This document shows, one piece after another, positions 8,330-20,170 of a DNA stretch of 64,000 nt. The DNA is from Proteus penneri (GTDB lineage Bacteria > Pseudomonadota > Gammaproteobacteria > Enterobacterales > Enterobacteriaceae). Position 1 is the stretch's first letter. Each line of letters opens with the position of its first letter. Below the pieces are notes generated by a model. The model was not told the origin of the DNA. It was given only the letters and a program-made list of their open reading frames with translations, and searched no databases. The translations under genes and the position numbers were made by a program. Where the stretch lies: the NCBI RefSeq assembly GCF_003144535.1, contig NZ_PHFJ01000005.1, forward strand, positions 1 to 64,000, read 5' to 3'.

Positions 8330-8636
8330 TATAAAAAAAAGCCAAGGGTTGATCGTTTAAGCAAAAAATGTAACCATGTTCTCCTTTTTTCAACAGGAGA
8401 AACCTATTAAAGAGCGAAAGCATCTAGAATATAAAGTTATTAATAAATTGATTTAATTGTATTTTTCTTCATCTTGCGGAAAAAATAATTTACTTCCGTT
8501 CTTTTATAAAACATTTATCCAATTTTGTGTTTTATTCAAATTTTCTTATGAACTTTTCTTTTCTGGTAATACAAGCAATCAGATAATGGGTAGCGAAAAG
8601 TCTCTTTCTAAGAAAATAACTATAAATAGGTTAACT

Positions 8637-10643
8637 ATGAGTCAACAAAACGATATAACCCCTCAAAAAAAAGTTAGGATGAAAATTAATCCTCCCGTTT
8701 TTTATACATCAGCGTTGTTAATTTTACTGGTCGTTGGTTTCTCTGCGTTATTTCCTGAGTTAGCTAATGATAAATTAGGTCATCTTCAGGAAAATCTCTT
8801 CAGAAACGCGAGCTGGTTCTACATTCTAGCCGTTGCATTGGTTTTGCTGAGTGTGACTTATTTAGGGCTTTCCCGCTTTGGTGAAATCAAGTTAGGGCCT
8901 GATCATGCTCGCCCTCACTTTAGTTACTTTGCTTGGTTTGCCATGCTCTTTTCAGCAGGTATGGGGATCGGCTTAATGTTCTTTGGTGTTGCCGAACCTG
9001 TTATGCATTACCTAATGCCTCCGACTGGCGAAGCTCAAACCGTAGAAGCCGCGAAAGAAGCGATGCGATTAACCTTTTTCCACTGGGGATTACATGCATG
9101 GGCAATTTACGCCATTGTCGCATTGATCTTAGCTTTCTTCTCTTATCGCCATGGTTTACCGTTAACACTACGCTCTGCACTTTATCCAATTATTGGTGAT
9201 CGCATATATGGCCCAATTGGTCATGCTGTTGATATTTTCGCTGTGATGGGGACCGTATTTGGTGTCGCAACCTCCCTTGGCTTTGGTGTTCTGCAAGTTA
9301 ATGCGGGTTTAAATCACCTCTTTAATGTACCAATTAATCCAACTATTCAAGTAATATTGATTGTAGTGATAACAGGGCTTGCAACCATTTCTGTTGTATC
9401 TGGGTTAGAGAAAGGGATCCGCTTTTTATCTGAACTTAACTTAGGATTGGCGGTTATTCTTCTTTTATTAGTCATTACTCTCGGCCCAACCGTATTGATA
9501 TTAAAATCATTTGTTGAAAATACGGGGGGATATCTATCCGAAATTGTCAGTAAAACCTTTAATCTTTACGCATATGAACCCAAATCGAGTGATTGGTTAG
9601 GGGGATGGACACTGCTTTATTGGGGTTGGTGGTTATCATGGTCTCCATTTGTAGGGATGTTTATTGCCCGCATTTCTCGAGGCCGTACTATTCGTGAGTT
9701 TGTTGTCGGTGTCCTGTTTGTTCCTGCTGGCTTCACTTTACTTTGGATGACCGTTTTTGGTAACACTGCGATCCATTTAATCAAAGATAAAGGTGCAGAA
9801 GTCCTCGCCAATATCGTACAACAAGATGTGTCATTGGCTTTATTTGAGTTCTTAAATTATTTCCCATTCTCGTCTGTTTTATCCTTCGTTGCGATGTTGA
9901 TGGTAATCGTCTTCTTTGTGACTTCAGCAGACTCAGGCGCTATGGTTGTTGATACTTTAGCTTCTGGCGGTGATAGCGAAACGCCAGTATGGCAACGTAT
10001 TTTCTGGGCTGCCTTAATGGGTATCTCTGCAATTACTTTATTATTAGCGGGTGGTTTGACTGCACTACAAACAGTAACTATTGCAAGTGCACTCCCCTTC
10101 TCAATAGTATTGCTTGCTTCTATTTATGGACTGATAAAAGCATTGCGAGTGGATGTATATAAACGTGATAGTCAACAGTTAACTACGATTGCACCACCAG
10201 CCAGTCGTAATCCAATCCCTTGGCAACGTCGTTTAAGAAATATTGCCTATTTTCCTAAACGCTCTCATGTAAAACGTTTTATGGATGAAGTCATTCAACC
10301 CTCAATGGAAATGGTCTCTGCTGAGTTAAGTAAACAAGCAACGCAATGCTATATCCATAACGAAGAAGATGATCGCATTGGCTTCGAAGTCGATTTAGGC
10401 GATGACATGAATTTCTTCTATGAAGTTCGCCTGCGTTTTTATACTCAACCGGCCTTTGCTTTAGCAGGATTAAGTGATGAAGAAAGAGACGAAGAGCATA
10501 AATATTATCGTGCTGAAATTCATTTAAAAGAAGGTGGGCAAGATTATGATGTAATGGGTTGGACGAAAGAACAAATCATTCACGATATTCTTGATCAGTA
10601 TGAAAAACACATTCACTTCTTGCATGTATTAGGTAAGCAATAA
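8637..10643 (+). CDS. betT: BCCT-family choline/glycine-betaine transporter (BetT-like), with a long cytoplasmic C-terminal extension
   Basis: The N-terminus MSQQNDITPQKKVRMKINPPVFYTSALLILL… and the core …WFAMLFSAGMGIGLMFFGVAEPV…WTLLYWGWWLSWSPFVGMFIARISRGRTIREF… align with E. coli BetT. ATG 8637 is chosen over the ORF-track start at 8457, which would add 60 residues with no homology. No betIBA genes are adjacent. Confidence 0.8.
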   Translation: MSQQNDITPQKKVRMKINPPVFYTSALLILLVVGFSALFPELANDKLGHLQENLFRNASWFYILAVALVLLSVTYLGLSRFGEIKLGPDHARPHFSYFAWFAMLFSAGMGIGLMFFGVAEPVMHYLMPPTGEAQTVEAAKEAMRLTFFHWGLHAWAIYAIVALILAFFSYRHGLPLTLRSALYPIIGDRIYGPIGHAVDIFAVMGTVFGVATSLGFGVLQVNAGLNHLFNVPINPTIQVILIVVITGLATISVVSGLEKGIRFLSELNLGLAVILLLLVITLGPTVLILKSFVENTGGYLSEIVSKTFNLYAYEPKSSDWLGGWTLLYWGWWLSWSPFVGMFIARISRGRTIREFVVGVLFVPAGFTLLWMTVFGNTAIHLIKDKGAEVLANIVQQDVSLALFEFLNYFPFSSVLSFVAMLMVIVFFVTSADSGAMVVDTLASGGDSETPVWQRIFWAALMGISAITLLLAGGLTALQTVTIASALPFSIVLLASIYGLIKALRVDVYKRDSQQLTTIAPPASRNPIPWQRRLRNIAYFPKRSHVKRFMDEVIQPSMEMVSAELSKQATQCYIHNEEDDRIGFEVDLGDDMNFFYEVRLRFYTQPAFALAGLSDEERDEEHKYYRAEIHLKEGGQDYDVMGWTKEQIIHDILDQYEKHIHFLHVLGKQ

Positions 10644-10708
10644 TTTTATCTGCATGACAGCAACAAAAAGGAGATGCTATGACATCTCCTTTTTTCTTAT
10701 CAAATAAT

Positions 10709-11152
10709 TTATTTCTCTGATTGTTCAATATCATCTAAGTTAAGTGCAATCAGCTCTTTTAATAATCCGGATAACCGTTGTAGTTTTTCAGTCGAAAACT
10801 TTTGCTCAAGTAATTGATAACCTTCTTCAATTTTAGGCTGAATTTTATCGTATAAACTTTGCCCATTAGCAGAAAGTGAAACAAAAAGTTTACGTTGGTC
10901 ACTTATCGGTTTTAAACGACAAATTAGCTCGTCTCTTTCCATTCTAATAAGAATACCCGTTAGACTTGGTCGAAGAATACACGATTTTTGCGCTAATTCG
11001 TGGAAATCAATAGAACGTTTATCCGCAAGTACACGAATGATACGCCACTGCTGTTCTGTCAGATTATGCTCTTTGAGAACAGGTCGAAAAAAACCCATCG
11101 CAGATTCCCGTGCTTGTAATAGCGCGATAGTTAATGATTCATGCATAATCAA
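10709..11152 (-). CDS. hpaR: MarR-family repressor HpaR (homoprotocatechuate-pathway regulator)
   Basis: MHESLTIALLQARESAMGFFRPVLKEHNLTEQQWRIIRVLA…ILRPSLTGILIRMERDELICRLKPISDQRKL… is near-collinear with E. coli W HpaR. The start is probably the third Met, at 11146. Confidence 0.8.
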   Translation of the reverse strand: MIMHESLTIALLQARESAMGFFRPVLKEHNLTEQQWRIIRVLADKRSIDFHELAQKSCILRPSLTGILIRMERDELICRLKPISDQRKLFVSLSANGQSLYDKIQPKIEEGYQLLEQKFSTEKLQRLSGLLKELIALNLDDIEQSEK

Positions 11153-11737
11153 GAAGCTCTTTATATGGTGTTATAGGTGAAATGACAAAATATCACTCAA
11201 TATAGACAGTGAAAAAATACCGCTGTTTATAGTTTATAAATGGCTATATTCTAAGAATAGACTAATTGTTACAATTATTCATATTAACAAATAAATAAAG
11301 TTGACTCAATTTTTGCAATTTTCTTCCCTTTCTGCAATTTATCACCCATGCCCCTTTTCAGAGCTAAATTCATCTTCCACAACATCTTGAGCTATTCACA
11401 ATTTTTATAAATTGGCAATTTGTGTTATCTCTTTATCAACCCAAAAAAGTAGCTTGATTTGCCTATTATCCTACTTCTAAATTAGGAATAATGTCGCTTA
11501 GCGATAAGGTTGTCTCACAGTTTTTGAGATAAAGTTAATGGGTTGTAACAAAGAAAGATTGCTATCTTTGTTCATGCGCGGTAGCGTTACAGCTTTTAAA
11601 CAACGCAACAAAGAGACCGGCAATAGCATTACAACTTTGTTAGCGGAGTAGTCAGATGATTTTTATAGTTATCTAACTAATAAATTATTTTAAGTGAAGA
11701 CGCCCACAGACGAGAAGTCTGGCAGTAGGAGTAAATA

Positions 11738-12256
11738 ATGTCTGAGGAAAAACAGGCTAACCCACTTTTTCGGGATGCAATGGCAAGCTTAGGTGCTGCA
11801 GTCAATATCGTGGCAACAAATGGCGATGCGGGTTGTTGTGGCTTAACAGCAACTGCGGTATGTTCTGTTACTGATAACCCACCTACCGTAATGGTTTGCA
11901 TCAATAGTAAAAGTCAGATGAACTCTATTTTTCAAGAAAATGGAAAATTAAGCATCAATATATTAAATCATGAGCAAGAAGAAATGGCATGTCATTTCGC
12001 CGGAATGACAGGGCTCGCGATGGCAGATCGCTTTACCCAACCAGGATGGCAAAATGGACAATTACAACAACCTGTATTAACAAATGCACTTGCCTGCCTA
12101 GAAGGTGATATTCATGATGTACGCCAAGTCGGTACTCATTTTGTTTATATGACCGAAATTAAGACTATTTCAGTACGTGAAGATGGTGATGGACTTATTT
12201 ATTTCAAACGTCGTTTCCATTCTGTTAAAAATAAACAAGTCCCCATCACTGCTTAA
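11738..12256 (+). CDS. hpaC: Flavin:NADH oxidoreductase, HpaC-like (reductase component of 4-hydroxyphenylacetate 3-monooxygenase)
   Basis: 172 aa. FRDAMASLGAAVNIVATNGDAGCCGLTATAVCSVTDNPPTVMVCIN…GKLSINILNHEQEEMACHFAGMTG…LIYFKRRFH matches E. coli HpaC throughout. No hpaB or meta-cleavage genes are present nearby. Confidence 0.8.
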   Translation: MSEEKQANPLFRDAMASLGAAVNIVATNGDAGCCGLTATAVCSVTDNPPTVMVCINSKSQMNSIFQENGKLSINILNHEQEEMACHFAGMTGLAMADRFTQPGWQNGQLQQPVLTNALACLEGDIHDVRQVGTHFVYMTEIKTISVREDGDGLIYFKRRFHSVKNKQVPITA

Positions 12257-12280
12257 ATTTCACTTATTTTACCTCAAGAT

Positions 12281-12312
12281 AAAAACGCACTTTTAATAAG
12301 GGCGTTTTTATT
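12281..12312 (+). terminator. Rho-independent terminator after hpaC
   Basis: aaaaacgc…(loop acttttaataagg)…gcgttttt, followed by a T-run. Confidence 0.5.
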
Positions 12313-12852
12313 GACTATAATCACACCATGAAATTAAATATTTATTTATATTAAATGAATATTTATTTAATAAGGTAGCATTAGCTAACTTTTAGATACT
12401 TATTAAACATTTATTAACATCTGTTTGTTATAAAAGAATAATTTTTAATTATAATAAAAAATTTCTTTCTAGAATCAATTAGTCACATAATCAAAAATAT
12501 TTTCTCTCTACCTTTCCCCTTTATCTTTATTTAATTTACTAAGATTAAAATATAAACAAATAATAATTCCATTGATTGTATTTTATACAAAAAATCAATT
12601 AAATGACTTTATTTGAAAATAAACTAATGAATATTTTTTTCAATCTGGTATTAATCTTACCCACAGTGTGATCAACCTTTGAGAAGTCATTTCATCAATA
12701 TATTAGTCTACTCGACTTGCTGATTACCTTCTTAAATTTGCAAACATCACTCTAAATACGACAGATAATGTTACCGTCGTGTAACATTCCTCGTGAATGT
12801 GAGTAAATAACATCGTTGTTGAAAATAAATAATAATTAGGGGCATTACAGAT

Positions 12853-14338
12853 ATGGATAAACCCGCTCAAGTCGGTTTATTACAACAGCCTAAACCATTC
12901 TTTATGATTTTCTTTGTAGAATTATGGGAACGTTTTGGTTACTACGGCGTACAAGGTATTCTTGCCGTTTATTTTGTTAGTAAACTCGGTTTCTCTCAAG
13001 AACAGGCTTTCATTACTTTTGGTGCATTCTCTGCGCTGGTTTATGGGCTTATTTCTATTGGTGGTTATGTTGGTGACCACTTATTAGGAACAAAACGAAC
13101 AATTGTTTTAGGTGCTATTGTCTTGGCTATCGGTTATTTTATGACTGGTATGTCAATTATGTATCCTAATTTAATTTTCTACGCATTAGGCACTATCGCG
13201 GTAGGTAATGGTTTATTTAAAGCTAACCCAGCCAGCCTATTAGCAAAATGTTATCCACCTAAAGATCCACGTCTTGATGGTGCATTTACACTATTTTATA
13301 TGTCGATTAATATCGGCTCATTAATTTCTTTATCTATCGCCCCTGTACTTGCAGAACGTTACGGATATGCACTGACTTATAATATCTGTGGTATTGGCTT
13401 GATCATGGCGTTATTAGTTTATTTCTTCTGTCGTAAAATGGTTGCCAATATTGGTTCTGAACCAGACCATTTACCAATGAGCTTTAACAAACTGTTATTA
13501 GTTATTGTTGGTTCAATTGCGATGGTATTTGTTTGTGCATGGTTACTGCACAACGTGATGATTGCAAATATCGTTTTAGTCAGCCTGTCCATTATTGTTG
13601 TTTTCATTTATTTCCGTGAAGCTTTTAAACAAAAAAGACAGAGTTGCTCGTAATAAAATGTATGTTGCATTTGTTCTAATGTTAGAAGCAGTTGTTTTCT
13701 ACATTCTGTATGCTCAGATGCCAACTTCACTGAACTTTTTTGCTATTCATAACGTTCATCACACACTTTTAGGCTTTGATATTAACCCTGTAAGCTTCCA
13801 AGCACTAAACCCATTCTGGATCATTGTTGCTAGCCCAATCCTTGCTATCGCTTACAGTCATTTTGGCGCAAAAGGTAAAGACCTTTCAATGCCAGCGAAG
13901 TTTACCGCAGGTATGCTTCTATGCTCATTAGGTTTTCTTACAGCGGCAGCATCAGGTATGTGGTTTGCCGATGCTCAAGGCTTAACATCTCCTTGGTTTA
14001 TCGTTCTGGTTTACTTATTCCAGAGTTTAGGTGAACTGATGATCAGTGCGTTAGGTTTAGCAATGGTTGCTGCATTCGTACCACAATACATGATGGGCTT
14101 TATTTTAGGTATGTGGTTCTTAACACAAGCCACAGCCTATCTGTTAGGGGGTTATGTAGCGACGTTCACAGCCGCACCAGAAGGTATTACAGATCCACTA
14201 CAAACCTTACCTATTTATACTGATGTATTTGGTAAAATTGGCATAGTAACCTTAATTGTGGGCTTGGTTATGTGGGCAACAGTCCCCCTACTAAACCGAA
14301 TGATGAAAGAAGAAAGCAAAAACGTTAAAGTTGCTTAA
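12853..14338 (+). pseudogene. POT-family di/tripeptide permease (DtpA/DtpB-like) disrupted by a +/-1 frameshift in an A6 run
   Basis: ORF 12853..13653 (…[18 protein letters not shown]…REAFKQK) and ORF 13595..14338 (…[38 protein letters not shown]…) together span the ~500-aa E. coli DtpA sequence but are in different frames. The switch maps to the homopolymer aaaaaa at 13631-13636. Confidence 0.7.
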
Positions 14339-14364
14339 TCTTTCAATCTAAATTAAATATTAAT

Positions 14365-14395
14365 AAAAGCGCTTTTAATAGGCGCTTTTATTTTG
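14365..14395 (+). terminator. Rho-independent terminator after the dtp gene
   Basis: aaagcgc-ttttaatag-gcgcttt followed by tatttt. Confidence 0.55.
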
Positions 14396-14454
14396 CAATA
14401 AAAAACATTCTTTCGTTTAAGCGTTACCATGATTTTCCACTTTTCTTGATATAT

Positions 14455-14485
14455 AAAAAAACCCGCCAAATAAGCGGGTTTAATT
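14455..14485 (-). terminator. Rho-independent terminator of fbaA (hairpin is bidirectional)
   Basis: aaacccgc-caaataa-gcgggttt. On the minus strand it is followed by a T7 run (plus-strand aaaaaaa at 14454-14460). Confidence 0.6.
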
Positions 14486-14505
14486 TAATCATTAAGAGTG
14501 ATCAA

Positions 14506-15585
14506 TTACAGAACATCAACTGAATTCAGTTCTTTAAATGCTTGCTCCAAACGAACAACCATAGATGATTGTGCGTGACGCAACCAGTTACGTGGGTCGT
14601 AGTATTTCTTGTTAGGTTTATCAGCACCTTCTGGGTTACCTAACTGGCCTTGCAGATAGGCTTCATTCTTTTTGTAGAACTGTAAGATACCATCCCAAGT
14701 TGCCCACTGAGTATCTGTATCGATATTCATTTTGATAACACCATAATCAACAGCTTCTTTGATTTCTTCAGCCGAGGAACCTGAACCGCCGTGGAAAACG
14801 AAATCTAAGCTATTGTGTGGTAGATTGAATTTCTGTGATACGTAGTCTTGTGAGTTACGCAGAATTTTTGGCGTTAATTGAACGTTACCTGGTTTATAAA
14901 CACCGTGAACGTTACCGAAAGAGGCTGCGATAGTGAAACGAGGACTTACCGCGCTCAGTTTTTCATATGCATAAGCAACATCTTCTGGTTGTGTATACAG
15001 AGCAGAGCTGTCCATACCTGTATTATCAACACCATCTTCTTCACCACCAGTACAGCCTAATTCGATTTCTAAAGTCATATCGATTTTAGCCATACGCGCT
15101 AAATATTTAGCACAGATTTCGATGTTTTCTTCTAATGATTCTTCAGATAAGTCAATCATATGAGAAGAGAACAGTGGTTTGCCTGTTTTAGCATAGTGTT
15201 TTTCACCTGCATCTAACAGACCATCAATCCATGGTAATAATTTTTTCGCACAGTGGTCAGTATGCAGAATAACAGGAACACCATAATATTCAGCCATTTG
15301 ATGCACATGATGAGCACCAGAAATTGCACCTAAAATAGCAGCTTGCTGTGGTACATCAGATTTAAGACCTTTACCTGCGATAAATGCAGCACCACCGTTA
15401 GAGAACTGTACAATAACAGGAGAACGAACTTTCGCAGCAGCTTCTAACACAGCATTGATTGAGTCAGTACCTACACAGTTAACCGCAGGCAGAGCAAATT
15501 TATTTTCTTTTGCTACTGCAAATACTTTTTGTACATCATCACCAGTGATGACACCCGGTTTCACGAAATCAAAAACTTTAGACAT
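14506..15585 (-). CDS. fbaA: Fructose-bisphosphate aldolase, class II
   Basis: 359 aa, near-identical to E. coli FbaA (MSKIFDFVKPGV…). Confidence 0.95.
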   Translation of the reverse strand: MSKVFDFVKPGVITGDDVQKVFAVAKENKFALPAVNCVGTDSINAVLEAAAKVRSPVIVQFSNGGAAFIAGKGLKSDVPQQAAILGAISGAHHVHQMAEYYGVPVILHTDHCAKKLLPWIDGLLDAGEKHYAKTGKPLFSSHMIDLSEESLEENIEICAKYLARMAKIDMTLEIELGCTGGEEDGVDNTGMDSSALYTQPEDVAYAYEKLSAVSPRFTIAASFGNVHGVYKPGNVQLTPKILRNSQDYVSQKFNLPHNSLDFVFHGGSGSSAEEIKEAVDYGVIKMNIDTDTQWATWDGILQFYKKNEAYLQGQLGNPEGADKPNKKYYDPRNWLRHAQSSMVVRLEQAFKELNSVDVL

Positions 15586-15648
15586 GTAATAAGATCCTAT
15601 ATTTGGAACAGGTAGAAAATAATTTTCTACCTGTATGAGCTGACTTAA

Positions 15649-16812
15649 TTACTGTTTAGCGCGTTCTTCTAACATTGCAACAGCAGGAAGTTTTTTGCCT
15701 TCAACGAATTCTAGGAAAGCACCACCACCGGTTGAAATGTAAGAGATTTTGTCTGCGATATCAAATAAATCAATAGCAGCTAGCGTATCACCACCGCCAG
15801 CGATAGAGAATGCTTCACTATCTGCGATTGCTTTAGCAACGATTTCTGTACCTTTACGGAAGTTAGGGAATTCAAACACACCTACCGGACCGTTCCACAG
15901 AATAGTTTTTGCATTTTTCAGAATTTCAGCTAAACGTTCAGCAGTCACATCACCGATATCCAATACTTGTTCATCATCTTTAATGTCATTTGCTGATTTC
16001 AATACAGCTTCTGCTGTTTCAGAAAATTCAGTTGCAACACGAACATCGCTTGGTACTGGAATATCACATTTTTCCATTAATTTCTTAGCATCATCGACAA
16101 GATCAGCTTCATATAAAGAACGGCCTACTGGGTGACCTTCTGCTGCGATAAAGGTATTTGCGATACCACCACCAACGATTAATTGGTCAGCGATTTTTGA
16201 TAAAGAATCTAATACAGTCAGTTTAGTTGAAACTTTAGAACCACCAACAATTGCAACCATTGGGCGCGCTGGTTTATCTAATGCTTTACCTAATGCTTCA
16301 AGTTCTGCTGATAACAGTGGGCCAGCACAAGCAACTTGTGCAAATTTAGCAACACCATGAGTTGATGCTTGAGCACGGTGAGCTGTACCGAATGCATCCA
16401 TTACAAATACATCACATAATGCAGCGTATTGTTTAGACAGTGTTTCGTCGTCTTTCTTTTCGCCTTTGTTAAAACGAACGTTTTCAAGAACAACTAATTC
16501 ACCGGCATTAACTTCAACACCGTTTAAATAGTCTTTAGCAAGACTGACAGGTGCAGTTAATTTGTCTTTCAGATAGTCAACAACTGGTTTTAAAGAGAAC
16601 TCTTCGTTGTACTCACCTTCGGTAGGACGGCCTAAGTGAGAAGTTACCATCACTTTAGCGCCTTGTTTTAACGCGGCTTCAATTGTTGGTAAAGAAGCAC
16701 GGATACGCGCATCTGAAGTCACTTTACCATCTTTTACTGGAACGTTCAGGTCAGCACGGATAAGAACTCGTTTACCCGCTAGGTCTAAATCGGTCATCTT
16801 AATTACAGACAT
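15649..16812 (-). CDS. pgk: Phosphoglycerate kinase
   Basis: [25 protein letters not shown]… matches E. coli Pgk. Start set at ATG 16812, preceded by GAGAGG. The ORF-track start at 16827 lies inside the Shine-Dalgarno sequence. Confidence 0.95.
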   Translation of the reverse strand: MSVIKMTDLDLAGKRVLIRADLNVPVKDGKVTSDARIRASLPTIEAALKQGAKVMVTSHLGRPTEGEYNEEFSLKPVVDYLKDKLTAPVSLAKDYLNGVEVNAGELVVLENVRFNKGEKKDDETLSKQYAALCDVFVMDAFGTAHRAQASTHGVAKFAQVACAGPLLSAELEALGKALDKPARPMVAIVGGSKVSTKLTVLDSLSKIADQLIVGGGIANTFIAAEGHPVGRSLYEADLVDDAKKLMEKCDIPVPSDVRVATEFSETAEAVLKSANDIKDDEQVLDIGDVTAERLAEILKNAKTILWNGPVGVFEFPNFRKGTEIVAKAIADSEAFSIAGGGDTLAAIDLFDIADKISYISTGGGAFLEFVEGKKLPAVAMLEERAKQ

Positions 16813-16898
16813 GATGAATCCTCTCATTGATTCTCTAAAATTTAGTAATCTTCTGTTCAGTGTGTTGTATTTTACGCGACACCGTCATTAAAACATGA

Positions 16899-17918
16899 TT
16901 ATTTAAAACCAGTTGCAGCCATTGCTAACGTTGTATCAAGCATCCGATTAGCAAAGCCCCATTCATTATCACACCAGACTAACGTCTTGATCAGGTGTTG
17001 CCCACTGACTCTTGTTTGAGTGCCGTCAACGATAGCACTATGAGGGTCGTGGTTAAAATCAGTTGAGACTAATGGCAATTCTGTGTAATCCACTATACCA
17101 CGAAATGCGCCAGTTGCTGATTTTTGAATTAACCGATTGACATCTAACACATTTACAGCAGTTTTTACAGTGATACTTAAATCAATTGCCGTCACATTAA
17201 TTGTAGGAACTCGTACAGAAATTGCCTCAAAATGATCCTTAAATTTTGGGAAAATCCGAGTAATTCCTGCGGCTAATTTCGTATCAACAGGAATGATAGA
17301 TTGTCCTGCGGCACGAGTACGGCGTAAATCCTTATGATATGCATCAATCACGGGTTGATCGTTCATGGCTGCATGGATTGTTGTTACTGTTCCTGACTCT
17401 ATATTAAACGCATCATCCATCATTTTAATGATGGGAATAATACAGTTTGTTGTACAAGATGCATTTGAAACAATGCGGTGTTCTTTTTTAAGTTCATGTT
17501 GATTAACACCAAAAACCACTGTTGCATCTAAATCTGTTGTCCCCGGATGAGAAAAGAGCACTTTTTTTGCACCTTGTGCAATATGAGCTTCACCATCAGC
17601 ACGAGAGCCATAAGCACCACTACAATCAAGCACAACATCAATACCAAGCTCACCCCAAGGTAAATCAGTAATATCAGCATGATGAAAAAGACGAATGCTA
17701 TCATCACCTACTTGCAATAAATCGTTATTAATTCGTACATCCCAAGCAAAACGTCCGTGACTGGAGTCATACTTGAGAAGATGCCCAATGCCTTGTGCAT
17801 CAGCCAATTCATTTATTGCAACAACCGTTATTTCAGCCCGTTTACCTGATTCATAAAGCGCTCTTAACACATTACGCCCTATACGACCAAAACCGTTAAT
17901 AGCGACTCTGATTGTCAT
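16899..17918 (-). CDS. epd: D-erythrose-4-phosphate dehydrogenase
   Basis: [41 protein letters not shown]… is collinear with E. coli Epd. Start at 17918 with AAGGAAG upstream. The ORF-track extension of 36 aa is not supported. Confidence 0.9.
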   Translation of the reverse strand: MTIRVAINGFGRIGRNVLRALYESGKRAEITVVAINELADAQGIGHLLKYDSSHGRFAWDVRINNDLLQVGDDSIRLFHHADITDLPWGELGIDVVLDCSGAYGSRADGEAHIAQGAKKVLFSHPGTTDLDATVVFGVNQHELKKEHRIVSNASCTTNCIIPIIKMMDDAFNIESGTVTTIHAAMNDQPVIDAYHKDLRRTRAAGQSIIPVDTKLAAGITRIFPKFKDHFEAISVRVPTINVTAIDLSITVKTAVNVLDVNRLIQKSATGAFRGIVDYTELPLVSTDFNHDPHSAIVDGTQTRVSGQHLIKTLVWCDNEWGFANRMLDTTLAMAATGFK

Positions 17919-18175
17919 GTGACTTCCTTGATAACTTGTGATTTGCAACCGCTTAGAATAATAGAGCAAGATACTAATCAACAACGATAAATCAAGTAAA
18001 TCTAGAAATTGTGCAGTCACCGACATTTTAGCATTAACTGAAACGGTTCAGCTTATTGATAATCAGATTACGAGAAATGAGAGAAGATCGCAATAGTAAA
18101 CAAAGATGGAAGGATAAAAAAAGAGCACATCTGAGAAATTCTTCCCAAAAATGTGCTCTTGTTAACACTTATTGA

Positions 18176-20170
18176 TTATTTAAGTAAAGATTTTGCCTGT
18201 GTGACCACATTTTCAACAGTAAAACCAAACTCTTCAAATAATTCGTTTGCAGGTGCAGATTCGCCGAAGCTATGCATACCAACAATCGCGCCTTCTAAAC
18301 CAACATATTTGAACCAATAGTCAGCAATACCAGCTTCGATAGCAACACGTGCTTTCACTGATGTTGGTAATACTGCTTCACGGTAATCTGCATCTTGCTT
18401 ATCAAATGCATCTGTTGCTGGCATAGAAACAACACGTACTTTACGGCCTTCAGCAGTCAGTTGATCATAAGCGCTAACCGCTAATTCAACTTCAGAACCT
18501 GTGGCAATAAAGATTAATTCAGGCGTACCAGCACAATCTTTCAGGATGTAACCACCCTTCTCGATATTTGCCAGTTGCTCTGGAGTACGTGGTTGTTGTG
18601 CAAGATTTTGACGAGAGAAGATCAGCGCTGTAGGGCCATCTTTACGATCAATAGCATATTTCCATGCAACAGCTGATTCAACTTGGTCACATGGACGCCA
18701 TGTGCTCACGTTTGGAGTGACACGCAGGCTTGCCATTTGCTCAACAGGTTGGTGAGTTGGGCCATCTTCACCCAGACCGATAGAGTCATGAGTATAAACA
18801 AAGATACTGCGGATCTTCATCAGTGCAGCCATACGCACTGCATTACGCGCATATTCCATAAACATCAGGAAGGTTGCGCCGTAAGGAACAAAACCGCCAT
18901 GTAATGCAATACCGTTCATGATTGCAGACATACCAAATTCACGCACACCGTAATGGATGTAGTTACCAGCCTTGTCTTCGTTCAGTGCTTTAGAACCAGA
19001 CCACATGGTCAGGTTACTTGGTGCTAAGTCCGCAGAACCGCCCATGAATTCTGGTAATACTTTACCGAATGCTTCTAATGCATTTTGAGACGCTTTGCGG
19101 CTTGCGATGCTTGAAGGATTTTGTTGCAGATTTTCAATAAATGCTTTGGCATCTTTTTCCCAGTTTGCGGGTAATTCACCAGAAACACGACGTTTGAATT
19201 CAGCCGCTAATTCAGGGAACTGTGCTGCGTATGCAGCAAATTTAGCATCCCATGCAGCTTCTTTTGCTTTACCCGCTTCTTTCGCATCCCACTCTTTATA
19301 GATTTCTTGTGGAATTTCGAATGCGCCATATTCCCAACCTAATGCTTTACGTGTTTCAGCAATTTCTGCATCACCTAATGGGGAACCGTGAGAATCAGCA
19401 GTACCTGCTTTATGAGGGGAACCAAAACCGATAGTGGTTTTACAAATCAACAGTGAAGGCTTGTCAGTAATTTGTTTTGCTTCTTCAACCGCGGCTTTGA
19501 TGCTTGCTGCATCGTGTCCATCAATGCCACTGATGACATGCCAGCCATAAGCGTCAAAACGTTCTGCTGTGTTATCAGTAAACCAACCGTGCACTTGACC
19601 ATCAATAGAGATGCCATTGTCATCATAGAATGCAATCAGTTTACCTAACTGTAATGTTCCAGCTAAAGAACACGCTTCATGAGAGATACCTTCCATCATA
19701 CAACCATCACCCATAAAGGCGTAGGTGTAGTGGTCAACAATGTCATGACCAGGACGGTTAAATTGAGCCGCTAATGTACGTTCTGCAATAGCAAAGCCCA
19801 CTGCGTTTGCAATACCTTGACCTAAAGGACCCGTTGTTGTTTCAACACCAGGGGTATAACCATATTCTGGGTGACCCGGCGTTTTAGAATGCAATTGACG
19901 GAAGTTTTTTAGATCATCTAAAGAAACTTGATAACCAGACAGGTGCAGTAAGCTATAAATCAGCATTGAAGCGTGGCCGTTAGATAATACGAAACGGTCA
20001 CGATCAGCCCAGTTAGGGTTAGTCGGGTTATGATTTAAAAAATCACGCCATAATACTTCTGCAATATCAGCCATACCCATAGGGGCGCCAGGGTGTCCTG
20101 ATTTCGCTTTTTGCACAGCATCCATACTTAAAAAACGGATCGCATTAGCAAGGGTTTTACGAGTGGTCAT
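18176..20170 (-). CDS. tktA: Transketolase
   Basis: 664 aa. Full-length match to TktA, including the thiamine-pyrophosphate motifs (GHPG…[10 protein letters not shown]…). Confidence 0.95.
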   Translation of the reverse strand: MTTRKTLANAIRFLSMDAVQKAKSGHPGAPMGMADIAEVLWRDFLNHNPTNPNWADRDRFVLSNGHASMLIYSLLHLSGYQVSLDDLKNFRQLHSKTPGHPEYGYTPGVETTTGPLGQGIANAVGFAIAERTLAAQFNRPGHDIVDHYTYAFMGDGCMMEGISHEACSLAGTLQLGKLIAFYDDNGISIDGQVHGWFTDNTAERFDAYGWHVISGIDGHDAASIKAAVEEAKQITDKPSLLICKTTIGFGSPHKAGTADSHGSPLGDAEIAETRKALGWEYGAFEIPQEIYKEWDAKEAGKAKEAAWDAKFAAYAAQFPELAAEFKRRVSGELPANWEKDAKAFIENLQQNPSSIASRKASQNALEAFGKVLPEFMGGSADLAPSNLTMWSGSKALNEDKAGNYIHYGVREFGMSAIMNGIALHGGFVPYGATFLMFMEYARNAVRMAALMKIRSIFVYTHDSIGLGEDGPTHQPVEQMASLRVTPNVSTWRPCDQVESAVAWKYAIDRKDGPTALIFSRQNLAQQPRTPEQLANIEKGGYILKDCAGTPELIFIATGSEVELAVSAYDQLTAEGRKVRVVSMPATDAFDKQDADYREAVLPTSVKARVAIEAGIADYWFKYVGLEGAIVGMHSFGESAPANELFEEFGFTVENVVTQAKSLLK

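Noticed and set aside
8457-8636. 60-residue N-terminal extension of betT from the ORF-track start
   Set aside because: No homology to BetT and no Shine-Dalgarno sequence. Homology begins at the Met at 8637.
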